In this document: piece after piece, positions 21,501-29,878 of the stretch
How the letters are laid out: each line of letters opens with the position of its first letter
How positions within the stretch are numbered: the first letter of the stretch is position 1
Virus record (IMG/VR): IMGVR_UViG_3300033075_000639
Coordinates: 6,167 to 70,166 of that record
Direction: 5' to 3' (one strand)
Length of the DNA stretch: 64,000 bases
Source of the DNA: a virus
Taxonomy: Duplodnaviria > Caudoviricetes
Notes under the pieces: generated by a model
Databases searched by the model: none
Told to the model about the DNA's origin: nothing
What the model saw: the letters and a program-made list of their open reading frames with translations, nothing else
Translations under genes and position numbers: made by a program

Positions 21501-22669
21501 TCTAGGCCTAGTTTACGTGCATAAACAGACGCTGATGCAATTTCTTTGACAGACGCACCAGCGAAGTGTTTTAGGTCCGCCATGGCCTTAACCATATCAC
21601 GTGAGATCAATTTTGAATCGATTCCAAATGCTTTACCAAGATCTTGTGCTTGTTTCTGGATTGGTAGCAACACAGAAGACATGCTCTTTCCCATGGCTTT
21701 TGCCGTCTGACCAATCGTTTTCATCATCTCATCAGATAGGCCTAGACCCTTTTGCCATGCAAGAATTGCACCGCCATTTGAACGAAATTCTTCACCAAAG
21801 TTTTGAAACGTTGGTCCCATCGCTTGAGCTAGTTTTAGGAATGCTTCAAGTCTTTCATGTAGATTTCCAAAGACTTGAAATGCACTGAGACCGGTGTCGG
21901 AGAAACCCTTTAGTTCGGTCGACATCTGCATGATGACTTTTGGAGAACCGGTTCCCAAAGCACCAAATTCTTTACGAAGATTTTCAATTGCTTGTAGCAA
22001 TTCATTTGACCCACCAGACGCTTTATTTGCAATGTCTATTAGACCATTAAACATCTTGAACGGAATTGCAAGAATGGCCATACCAATCGCGCCAATTCCT
22101 TCGACTGCAGTTGTCAAAAATCCTGTCAATCCTTTTCCGATCGCCATCAAGTTTTTGAAACCTTGAATCATGCCGGTGACAGCAGCACCAGCCATCATTG
22201 CACCTTTAGGAAATTTATTTTTGAATATTCCAACCAAGTCAACAATTTTTGTTTGAAACATTTTTGTAACGCCACCTGATTTTTCAATACTCGCAATGAA
22301 TTCATCCATTGGCGATTTATTGATGTTAGCAACGCCTTCTTTAGCGCCGGCCAGGCCACCAGTCAGTGCTTTTATTTTACTGTTTGCAGCTTCAGATTTT
22401 TTAGACATTTCTTCGAATGTCTCTTGTTGAGTCTTGTTAAGTTCAGATAGTTTTTCAACAACTTGTTTAACGTTTTGTGAAACTTCATTTAGTTCACCAA
22501 TAACAGCACGCATGTCAAATTGTGACATCACGGCAGCAAGTTCCTTCATTGATTCAACTTGCATCGTTTGCGATGAATCAATTTTACCGGTTGCAGCTGC
22601 CATGCGATCCATCAAGGACGCAAGCTTGGTTGCAATTTCTACTTGTTCTTTTGTTACTGGATCAGCCAT
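18530..22669 (-). CDS. Tape measure protein
   Basis: 1379 aa, helical Ala/Gly/Lys-rich with amphipathic repeats, located between baseplate-assembly genes. Confidence 0.85.
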   Translation of the reverse strand: MADPVTKEQVEIATKLASLMDRMAAATGKIDSSQTMQVESMKELAAVMSQFDMRAVIGELNEVSQNVKQVVEKLSELNKTQQETFEEMSKKSEAANSKIKALTGGLAGAKEGVANINKSPMDEFIASIEKSGGVTKMFQTKIVDLVGIFKNKFPKGAMMAGAAVTGMIQGFKNLMAIGKGLTGFLTTAVEGIGAIGMAILAIPFKMFNGLIDIANKASGGSNELLQAIENLRKEFGALGTGSPKVIMQMSTELKGFSDTGLSAFQVFGNLHERLEAFLKLAQAMGPTFQNFGEEFRSNGGAILAWQKGLGLSDEMMKTIGQTAKAMGKSMSSVLLPIQKQAQDLGKAFGIDSKLISRDMVKAMADLKHFAGASVKEIASASVYARKLGLELHDITGTLDAFDTFDSAADNASKLSQAFGLNIDAFKLMEAQDPATQIEMLRKSFATAGQDASKFNRQQLQLLASSTGLSEEQAKLAFSMKNQGVGLDDVKKKSDAAAKKQMTQAEAMKALADSIERMVKSGGAQHGGFFERFFKGIIGGLQSSHEFRKIIMNIQRALMLTEMAGVKLGRALAQLAPVKELLGDIASIFSPKKFATLFGGISKEIEKFAKGEEQFTGMMDMIKIHFLDFFDSQKGPGKKILAGFGKFFEYIVKAISDALPAMATKLSGFMTDLTKFILNPKAASDAATKGGSVAATVVAIIKPLGNALATSWNIISPSLLEFVDVAITKIGELMSAALKNEKFMGIVKKALFGSFAIIFGPAVFRMALSGIISNFGGAIAKMITSSFGSSAVKAGATEGVEAMGGTLSKAMGGLGKFIGPAAIIAAIAGAAMGADAGIKKYEQELLKTFGSTEAKLGGAAAGIIDGITFGLLPDWAGPEIAAAIAQLSTLIFGAVENVFGKTFTQKLKNYIGSALDVFASFGNLIKEIFSGNESNIADALVDLGGKFLKYVGNWFLWLLEMVPTLYVKILAFGTKVLSTFWLVLSKLFAKAGNSTADIPIVGGLFKLISMYFLAIGTAVGKISSILSAIGDSFKESGVIGSIGLAISAVGKHFGEVWDFVKGVWSTAVSWFSSEVITPITNIFQKIVTIVKEVTASAWKIISDVFSTAPIVVLFTAVVDAMKDTLSKILDIPVFKDLINVAKKVFKISSPSKVFEDIGDNITAGFSKGIEDMPKTMSEKMKETVSAAKTESAGSSVTAAGANVARQAPKQVSQPGSAWSATNSVEAMSKEASQRMAEITKMTDDASAQAQIIVDNIEKGGLRQALLAISEMASKANELNESLGRLPGIKLDAKLKTLANSMGIGGKFNYQIKNPGVTIDISMNVNINAADMEKALVLRDKSIIRERLNFATGNGTAGKEASPSLPNNTSSPTGPLQTVGG

Positions 22670-22678
22670 TTACGTTCC

Positions 22679-23395
22679 TAATAGTGGCCATTGAACGCCA
22701 AGTTGACGTTCAAATTCTTGTGCAGTCATGTGTTTAACACCCAATTTTTGCATTACAGATTCAACTGACGCACCTGGACGACGTAGTTCATCTTGAAATC
22801 TCCTTGACGCCAACATTGCGTTTGAAACAGCACGAACTTGTTCTTCTGAACCACGAATTTTTGTATTCACAGCCTTGCCTACAAGCCATGCACCAAGCGT
22901 TGCAAAGAAAATTTTTCCAAGCAAGTTAACATGCAATTCGTTAATTTGTTCTTTATCGTTCATGTTTACACTTTCATCCATGTTCCGCTCATCTAGATAT
23001 GCTTGAGCTCGCTTTAGAATACCAATATCTCGAGAATTTCCTGCATTTGAGAACAATTCTTGTGCCTCTTCAAATGTAACGAGACGCACTTCTTCCATTT
23101 CATGATCATGTGGACCCACTGGTCCTGTTCGAATCATCATGAAATAATGAGAAATACTATGTGTTCCAACACCAGAACCGAGACTGCCGCCATCGAGCAA
23201 CTTTGCTGGAACGCCTGCCTCTTCAGAAACTTCTCTGACAGCGGTTTGTTCCATGCTTTCTCCCGGATCAATTCTTCCTTTGGGGAAGCACCATGGCCCG
23301 TAATTATTTGAAGGTTTACAAACGTAAATCCTATATGGTTTTTCAAAGCTATCAAGAACAACGCCGCCGGCAGAAATCCACTTTTCTTTAGACAT
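22679..23395 (-). CDS. NUDIX hydrolase with C-terminal extension
   Basis: Nudix box FPKGRIDPGESMEQTAVREVSEEAG. Ends CTA TTA, then GGAACGTAA-ATG of the tape measure gene (standard end 22670). Confidence 0.85.
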
Positions 23396-23408
23396 ATAGA
23401 ACTAAGTA

Positions 23409-23708
23409 TTAGGTGAATCTTCTTAGACGCGACGGTGTTTGTGGTCTGTCTTTTCCCTGAAGAGCACGAACTTCAGGCGTGTTTTGATGCAATGCCTTTG
23501 TAAGAGGTTGAGGATTGTCAGATCCCTCTTTATCAGAACCCTTGTTGAGTTCTTTTACAATTCGTTCAATAAACCAACGTTTGTATGCAACGGGCAATCG
23601 ATAAACTTCGCCATACAAAAATCCCCCATAATACATCAGAAGGAACGTTGGTTCAAGAATTAGTTGTGCTTTATCGTCCGGCTGAAGGCCAAAGAAAGGT
23701 AACGCCAA
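23409..23708 (-). CDS. Small tail/baseplate assembly protein
   Basis: L..F.LMYYGGF.Y.EVY.LPV..KRWFI.RI motif; directly downstream of the gp26-like gene. Confidence 0.6.
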   Translation of the reverse strand: MALPFFGLQPDDKAQLILEPTFLLMYYGGFLYGEVYRLPVAYKRWFIERIVKELNKGSDKEGSDNPQPLTKALHQNTPEVRALQGKDRPQTPSRLRRFT

Positions 23709-24534
23709 GTGGCATTGTCACCTCCTCTGTATGTTTGCATGCTGGACATTCAGTTTCTTGTCGCATTGAAATTCCGGGCTCTGAGTTACGAATATAATTT
23801 CGTAGTGCTAGAGAATCTCGTGCCGGCATTACTCGAACAAAATTTGCAATCTTTGCTCGGTCATCAACGCCATCGACAGAAACAATCGCATACAACAAAT
23901 TTGATGTAACTGACGTATCAGCCGAAATACCCAACTTCTTTTGCTTCTCAGCAGTTGCAACAAGTTCTTCTTCATCTCGACCAGTAAGGAATTTGAAACG
24001 AACAACTTTTTTGCAATACGGCAACTTAAATTCGAATAGATTTTGGCCTTCAATTACCGGCTCAATCTCCATTCTCTTTAGTGGAAGAGCAGAGAGGTCA
24101 AATTGATGCGCCGCCTTAACACCACATTCCGGACATTCTATTTCTGCATCATATTCAGCGCCATAACCTGTAATTCGAATTGCAACCATCAGTGCATTAC
24201 GATCACCTGTTAGAAGATCTTTAACGTCGACGCTCTTGTCTGACAGACATGAACGAATTAGTTCAGAAATAACAGTACCCTTCTTAAGTAGAGCTTTACT
24301 CGTAAGAATATCTTCCTCACGAGTTGTCATTGACTTAATTTCAACAGTTTCAGCACCGTGCAAACTTGATCCAACGGGATAAACTTTACCGGCCGATGGC
24401 AATGGCACAACTTCGGTCGGAACATCGAGACCAAAATCTGACTTTGCTTGACCCGCAGCAGTTGTCTGCTGAATTCGTGGGTCGACTGTACCAGACTTAA
24501 AAACTTCATTACGTGTTTCACGCTCTTCTGACAT
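23671..24534 (-). CDS. Baseplate hub assembly protein (T4 gp26-like)
   Basis: LPS.GK.YP, MTTREEDIL, LL.GDRNALM.AIR..GYG, CPECG and CPAC zinc-like motifs. Confidence 0.8.
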   Translation of the reverse strand: MSEERETRNEVFKSGTVDPRIQQTTAAGQAKSDFGLDVPTEVVPLPSAGKVYPVGSSLHGAETVEIKSMTTREEDILTSKALLKKGTVISELIRSCLSDKSVDVKDLLTGDRNALMVAIRITGYGAEYDAEIECPECGVKAAHQFDLSALPLKRMEIEPVIEGQNLFEFKLPYCKKVVRFKFLTGRDEEELVATAEKQKKLGISADTSVTSNLLYAIVSVDGVDDRAKIANFVRVMPARDSLALRNYIRNSEPGISMRQETECPACKHTEEVTMPLGVTFLWPSAGR

Positions 24535-24608
24535 TTGTATTCCTCTTATTCAATGGTATCAATCAGACACCATTGCGTAAATAGGAACAGTACGCGATCT
24601 CAACCTTT

Positions 24609-24908
24609 TTAGACGCCGTGTGCAATTTTTAGATCTCGTGGCGCAATCAACACGTATACATGTGATCCAGGCTCAGCTCCAATTCGCAACAGTTCAGATC
24701 CTGTAGCAGCTCGTATCTGACCGGTCTCCTGTAGATACACTGCATAATGCTCAGCCTTTTGCAATGATATCCCAGCCTCAATAGAAAACTCCCCCAAAAA
24801 TACCGGGCGTATTACCTTATGTAGATGTCGAAGAATTTTTTCTACTACCATCTCGTGGTCTAGATTGGTCGATCTGGCGATCCACCGTGGCATTTCGTCA
24901 TATTTCAT
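24609..24908 (-). CDS. Hypothetical protein (possible winged HTH)
   Basis: 99-aa ORF with pattern EFSIEAGISLQKAEHYAVYLQETGQI. Confidence 0.5.
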   Translation of the reverse strand: MKYDEMPRWIARSTNLDHEMVVEKILRHLHKVIRPVFLGEFSIEAGISLQKAEHYAVYLQETGQIRAATGSELLRIGAEPGSHVYVLIAPRDLKIAHGV

Positions 24909-24926
24909 ATGCCACTATATTGTACA

Positions 24927-25211
24927 CTAGTTTTGAACGCGTGGTTTGGCTGGAATGTTACGTAGATGATCTACAAAATCCCAACGGCGATCAATTTCAT
25001 TCTCAAATTCAGATGATGACCAACCAGCCGCTCGCAATATATCAGAATATTCTGCGTTGAATTCCATTTCCGACATTTCTCCACGTGACAAGCGTTGTTC
25101 TAGGTCTGTTAGCAGTGGTGACATTTGATCAAATGGCAATTTCATACCTTGACGTGATGCCATGTGTTCTAGAACAAGTTCTCGCAGAAGCGACTTAAGA
25201 GATGATGACAT
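24927..25211 (-). CDS. Hypothetical protein (LKSLLRELV motif)
   Basis: Likely start ATG 25211, 4 nt after ATATTTA; TAG stop. Confidence 0.55.
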   Translation of the reverse strand: MSSSLKSLLRELVLEHMASRQGMKLPFDQMSPLLTDLEQRLSRGEMSEMEFNAEYSDILRAAGWSSSEFENEIDRRWDFVDHLRNIPAKPRVQN

Positions 25212-25225
25212 GAAGTAAATATGTA

Positions 25226-26881
25226 TCACAAGCGCATTTCGAAAACTAGATTAGAACAACCATAAATTCGATTGACATTTTTAGCCTGAGCTGCTTGTTT
25301 TTCAGTTATGTTATTTTTTGAATCTGCCTTGACAGAAAATCTATCATAACGATCATAATTGTCAGTCCACCAAAATCTTGGTGTGGTTGAGCTAACAATA
25401 GAAAATCCTGCTTTTTTGTAACCTTCTCCATTGCCCAAACGTGAATCAACATATGTCATCAATTGATTTATTCCTTTAGATTTAACCCACGTCGTAGCAG
25501 GTTTCAACAATTTTGAAAGTGCACCTGCTACGACAATATCACTAGCTGAACAAAATCTTGCAATTTCATAAGAATCAACGTATTTTTTATGAACAGGTCG
25601 ACGTAGTGACAAAACAGACACAAGTTTTTTATTATGCCACAACCCCCACGAAATTGTTGAAGGAGTGTCACCTTCGAGATGTGATGCATTCAAAAATTCA
25701 GAACGTTCATTTTTTGTCAACTGTTGAACTGTACATTCTCTAGCACCAATTTTCGTAGTTATAGTTCCCAATCGATGACGAATCATATTTTCAATAATTG
25801 GTCGTTTATTTCTCCATTCGTCTTCAAAAACATGAAATAGGTTTATACCATTTTTAATTGCCAAATCGTGTTTTGCTTGACTACGCCTAATATTTCCTTC
25901 TACTTCTTCAGAGTGCCAATACAAACCATTGTATTCTATTCCGAATTTTTTTGATGGAATGTATATATCAATTTCTTTTGGAGAAATTACTGTTCGATCG
26001 GACAATATAACATCTGGATTAGACTGTTTGATAAACTCATAAAGTTCAAGTTGACCCTTTGATTCTTTTGGATGGCATTCAAAACAAACGGGGGTGTCTT
26101 CCAACATTGCAAGACTTTTATATTGAACTGAGTTACAATCAACACATCGAAACGTCATTTTCAATACTCGACGTTTTCTATAATCATCAAGTGATGATAT
26201 CAAAATCAGATTGTTTGAACAAGCTTTAATTCGCGCATCTAGATCATCTGATGTTATTCTTCTACCTATTTCACGAGATTCGTAACTTTTTGATATTTGT
26301 TTTGCAATTTGCGCAACTTTAGGACTTGTATCTTTGGTCAGACCTCTATTCCAGACGTTGTTCTGAACACCATTGCTTTGATTTATTTTTTTTGTGGTTG
26401 ATATTTTCTCGCCAGCGCGTTTTGCTTTATCCGGATCTATTTCACGCCAATTTACAAGACGCCCACTAGCATAACCCTCGTTAAGTGTTGCAGCAATTTT
26501 TTGCGAAGCCGCAGCAACAACTTCTGACGTCTCCTTTGTGAGACCGGAATTCCAAACAACATTACGCCCCGTAGCGTACCCCTCAAGTCTTTTTTCTACA
26601 AATTGCTTTTGCTTTTCTGGGTCATGCCAACAGCTATCAATCCGAGCATTATGTCCACGAACATATTTGCTAGTGAAACCCTTCTTCCAGCCGGCCCACT
26701 TCAATATTTCTGTACATGAATCTGAACAAGAACAAGTTGGATGAATACCACCATGATTGATACACAGATATAGTCCCAAGTGATCAGTTATGCCATGAAT
26801 GTCAGTTAGGTGATCTAGCAAACGACATTCTTGACCAAAATCTGATTCACAATTCGGACATTTCAAACGTCCTTTAATCAT
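25226..26881 (-). CDS. Hef-like homing endonuclease (Zn finger, WNxGLTKET repeats, DUF559/Vsr-like nuclease, C-terminal GNAT-like domain)
   Basis: CPNC..H..H, WNSGLTKET/WNRGLTKDT, EIDIYIPSKKFGIEYNGLYWHS, HVFEDEW, YEIARFC, TYVDSRLG.G.GY...GF. Confidence 0.75.
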   Translation of the reverse strand: MIKGRLKCPNCESDFGQECRLLDHLTDIHGITDHLGLYLCINHGGIHPTCSCSDSCTEILKWAGWKKGFTSKYVRGHNARIDSCWHDPEKQKQFVEKRLEGYATGRNVVWNSGLTKETSEVVAAASQKIAATLNEGYASGRLVNWREIDPDKAKRAGEKISTTKKINQSNGVQNNVWNRGLTKDTSPKVAQIAKQISKSYESREIGRRITSDDLDARIKACSNNLILISSLDDYRKRRVLKMTFRCVDCNSVQYKSLAMLEDTPVCFECHPKESKGQLELYEFIKQSNPDVILSDRTVISPKEIDIYIPSKKFGIEYNGLYWHSEEVEGNIRRSQAKHDLAIKNGINLFHVFEDEWRNKRPIIENMIRHRLGTITTKIGARECTVQQLTKNERSEFLNASHLEGDTPSTISWGLWHNKKLVSVLSLRRPVHKKYVDSYEIARFCSASDIVVAGALSKLLKPATTWVKSKGINQLMTYVDSRLGNGEGYKKAGFSIVSSTTPRFWWTDNYDRYDRFSVKADSKNNITEKQAAQAKNVNRIYGCSNLVFEMRL

Positions 26882-26946
26882 AAGTTATAGATATATCAAA
26901 ATTCAACATATGTACTATCCAGTTAGCACTATTATGTAAAATACGC

Positions 26947-26969
26947 AAAGGGCCCTTTTAAGGCCCTTT
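26947..26969 (-). terminator. Hairpin downstream of tail tube gene
   Basis: aaagggcc / ggcccttt 8-bp stem with a 7-nt loop. Confidence 0.55.
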
Positions 26970-27008
26970 TATTACTGTAACGTACAGTAGCGCTATCGAA
27001 TCGCAATC

Positions 27009-27500
27009 TAAAAATTGCAAAACCGCGTTGTCAAATCGCAACGTTAGTGCGATTTCTGTCACTCCACCATCTTCATACGTTAGTTCTCCAAAATTCACTT
27101 CTGTTGCAAATGCACCCTTGATATCCCAGAGCTCCACAACTGTACCGACAGGATCCAACATTTTCAACTGAACATCTCTCTTATAGAAGTCAGCGTAACC
27201 TGCTCGACCAGAAACGCTTTCATAACATGTACGAACCCATTCCATGACCTGCTGAGCGCCTGATGGTGCAATTGGATCATGCAACGTAACAGCAATTGTG
27301 TTAAACGTTGTTTTACCAGCTAGATAACGTGTAGCATTGATAAACGGAACAACAACTTCTTCAGTTGTGATCGTTGGTCGTGCCGCTGTTTTAATGATAT
27401 AGGCGTCAACACCTTCGATCATAAGCACCCAACGATTTTTCCTCTTTGGTTCAAACTTATTCGGAATCATTGACGTAACGTCTAGTGTTTCTGCTGGCAT
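27009..27500 (-). CDS. Tail tube protein (T4 gp19-like)
   Basis: FEPKRKNRW, YLAGKT.F, LHDPIAPSGAQQVMEW, YKRDVQLKMLDPVG.VVE.W, LTLRFD.AVLQF followed by TTA (27009-27011; standard end 26958). Confidence 0.9.
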
Positions 27501-27611
27501 GTGTTTTTCCTTTTTTTACGCTTATGAATAAGCGACTAAACTTAACTATGCACTTAGTACAATTTTAAGATAAACATATGTCACAAAATATAATACAATA
27601 CATTAGTATCT

Positions 27612-29333
27612 ATGGGTGCCATTCAAGGGAAAAAGCTAGAACCGGTTATTTGTCCACTGTGTAATGAATTTTCAACAAAAAGATTGACTAACTTTGAAAA
27701 ACATCTTAATGATGAGCATTCAACTACAGCACAAAAACTATGGGATAAATTGAATGGCGGGCCTCATAAATGTCAATGTCAATGTGGATCTGAAACACTT
27801 TGGAATGGATGGAAAACTGGCTATAGCAAATTCATTATTGGACATAATGCCAACGTTTATTCTTCTTACGCAAAAGAAGAGGCTGAACGAATAATTGAAC
27901 AACGATCTGCGGCACTTCGGGGTAGACCTACTTGGTCTAAGGGTCTTACTAAAGACACGGATGAAAGAGTAAAGAAGCGTGCCGAAGCAACAAGTATCGG
28001 TGTTAAAGAATCATTTGCAAATGGAAGAATTGCATGGTCTAAGGGTCTTACTAAAGACACAGATGAAAGAGTTGCTGCTGCTGCTGCAACGACCAAAGAA
28101 GCATATGCAACAGGAACAAGAACACAATGGCATGTTGGATTGTCTGCAAAAACAGATGAAAGAATTTCAAAAAAGAATTCTGAACTCAAACAAAAATATG
28201 CAAGTGGTGAATTGACGCAATGGCACGCGGGTAAAACAACCACAGATGATCCTAGAATTGCAAAATTCTGGGCAGCAAGAGATCCAGTATCAGAATATTC
28301 TCATATACGTTTCACCAATGAAGAAATTGAAAAACAACTTGAAAATAATGTTTCTCTTTCTCTAGAACGTATTGATTCATATCGTAATGATAGAAAACCT
28401 GCATTGCATGTTAGATGTAGAACGTGTAATTGGACATCAAAAGTTGCACTAATTTTTGCTCGAATAGATCGATGCCCTGTTTGTTCTCCCTCTGGTTCTA
28501 TTGGACAAAATCAAATTGCAGACTGGCTACAATCGCTAGGAATTAAAATTGGTAGAAATGTTGCTGGTATTATTGGTCGACAAGAACTAGACATTTATAG
28601 CTTGCAACACAAATTTGCAATTGAATTCAACGGTCTATATTTTCATAACGTTGCGGCCGGAAAAGATACTCATTATCATCAAACAAAAACAGAGCGTTGT
28701 CAAAAACTCGGCATAAGTTTGTTTCACGTTTTTGAAGATGAATGGTATGAAAAATCTGAAATAATCAAATCAATTATTTCTCATCGACTAAAGCTTAGTA
28801 ACAATAAGATTCACGCTAGAAAATGTTCAATTGTTGAACTTTCAATACAGGAACGTCGTAATTTCTTTACTGCAAACCATATTGATGGTGACACAAACGC
28901 TCTATTTTCTTATGGTCTTAAATACAATGAACAAATTGTTGCTGCGATAAGTGTTAGAAAACCGCTTCACAGTGAAGCAAATACACTTGAAATTGCACGT
29001 TGTTGTACGCTATTGAATACGTCAATAGCAGGATTTGTTAGTAAACTAATGAACATTGTTAAAAAAGAAACAATCACTAGAAACTTTAAAACACTTATAA
29101 CATATGTTGATACTCGATTTGGAGGTACCGGAATTGCATATGAAAATGCAGGTTTTACAAAAATTGGAACTACTCCTCCAAGATTTTGGTGGACTGATAA
29201 TCACACACGTTTCAATCGTTTCAAAATTCGTGCAGATTCTTCTCGAGGTCTAACAGAAGCTCAAGTCGCTGAAGAACATGGTGTTGTTCGAATCTATGGT
29301 TGCAATAATTCCGTGTATCGTCTAACACTATAA
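27612..29333 (+). CDS. Hef-like homing endonuclease (paralog), opposite strand
   Basis: CPLC..H..H, WSKGLTKDTDER x2, ELDIYSLQHKFAIEFNGLYFH, HVFEDEW, LEIARCC, TYVDTRFG. Confidence 0.75.
   Translation: MGAIQGKKLEPVICPLCNEFSTKRLTNFEKHLNDEHSTTAQKLWDKLNGGPHKCQCQCGSETLWNGWKTGYSKFIIGHNANVYSSYAKEEAERIIEQRSAALRGRPTWSKGLTKDTDERVKKRAEATSIGVKESFANGRIAWSKGLTKDTDERVAAAAATTKEAYATGTRTQWHVGLSAKTDERISKKNSELKQKYASGELTQWHAGKTTTDDPRIAKFWAARDPVSEYSHIRFTNEEIEKQLENNVSLSLERIDSYRNDRKPALHVRCRTCNWTSKVALIFARIDRCPVCSPSGSIGQNQIADWLQSLGIKIGRNVAGIIGRQELDIYSLQHKFAIEFNGLYFHNVAAGKDTHYHQTKTERCQKLGISLFHVFEDEWYEKSEIIKSIISHRLKLSNNKIHARKCSIVELSIQERRNFFTANHIDGDTNALFSYGLKYNEQIVAAISVRKPLHSEANTLEIARCCTLLNTSIAGFVSKLMNIVKKETITRNFKTLITYVDTRFGGTGIAYENAGFTKIGTTPPRFWWTDNHTRFNRFKIRADSSRGLTEAQVAEEHGVVRIYGCNNSVYRLTL
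27933..28072 (+). repeat. 38-nt direct repeat encoding WSKGLTKDTDER
   Basis: tggtctaagggtcttactaaagacac(g/a)gatgaaagagt at 27933 and 28035; 37/38 identical, period 102 nt. Confidence 0.9.
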
Positions 29334-29555
29334 TCGCCTCATTGAGGCCCACTCGACTGCTCTAGTAAATTCTTCGTCAATAAGCTGTTGTAGCTCCAAC
29401 ATCGATATATTTGAATTATCGGTGCCCTCTTGAAGTGAGAGAACACGTGGTGGTTGATGAATATAGGTGCCATAGCGCTTATATTCATCAACCTTTATTT
29501 CTACTGTTTGAGCAATTAGCTCACGTAGACCACGTGGTGTTATCAAACGACGCAT
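29331..29555 (-). CDS. Small hypothetical protein (ITPRGLRELI motif)
   Basis: Start ATG 29555; ends CGA TTA TAG. The TTA is the reverse complement of the convergent gene's TAA. Confidence 0.55.
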
Positions 29556-29557
29556 GT

Positions 29558-29860
29558 TAAGTTTCGACGATGACCAGGATCCGACCAAGGATCTTGTGTT
29601 AGTTCAGGCATCTTGTCAAGTTGTGCCATGATTCTGTCAATATATGACAACAGAGCTTCTGCTTGCTTCGTAGCAGTTGGATCAGAAACTTGTTGATATA
29701 GATTACCCAAGTCCTTTTTTGCAAGATTTAGGTGTGTAACAAAATCCTTAAGAGGACCTTCAACTTTTGCAGCCTTCATTGAAGGTGCCTCTTCTAGCGC
29801 ATACTGTTCCTTAAGAACACTGCGAATCACTTGTCGTAGTTGTCGTTGAGTAATTTTCAT
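29558..29860 (-). CDS. Hypothetical protein (MKITQRQLRQVIRSVLKE motif)
   Basis: Ends AAC TTA, 2 nt before the next ATG (standard end 29543). Confidence 0.7.
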
Positions 29861-29878
29861 TATCTAACTTTCTATTTG

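Noticed and set aside
27009-27011. TTA ends as homopolymer or indel sequencing errors (e.g. TTT TTA G could be TTT TAG plus an extra T)
   Set aside because: This could explain the tube gene alone. Most sites have no T run before the TTA (AAG TTA, GAG TTA, GGA TTA, TGG TTA, CGA TTA), and errors would not explain the absence of TTA inside genes. Read mapping is still advisable.
27933-28072. Direct repeats as a CRISPR array
   Set aside because: Only two copies, in frame inside a CDS and encoding WSKGLTKDTDER. No repeat-spacer array was seen anywhere in the window.
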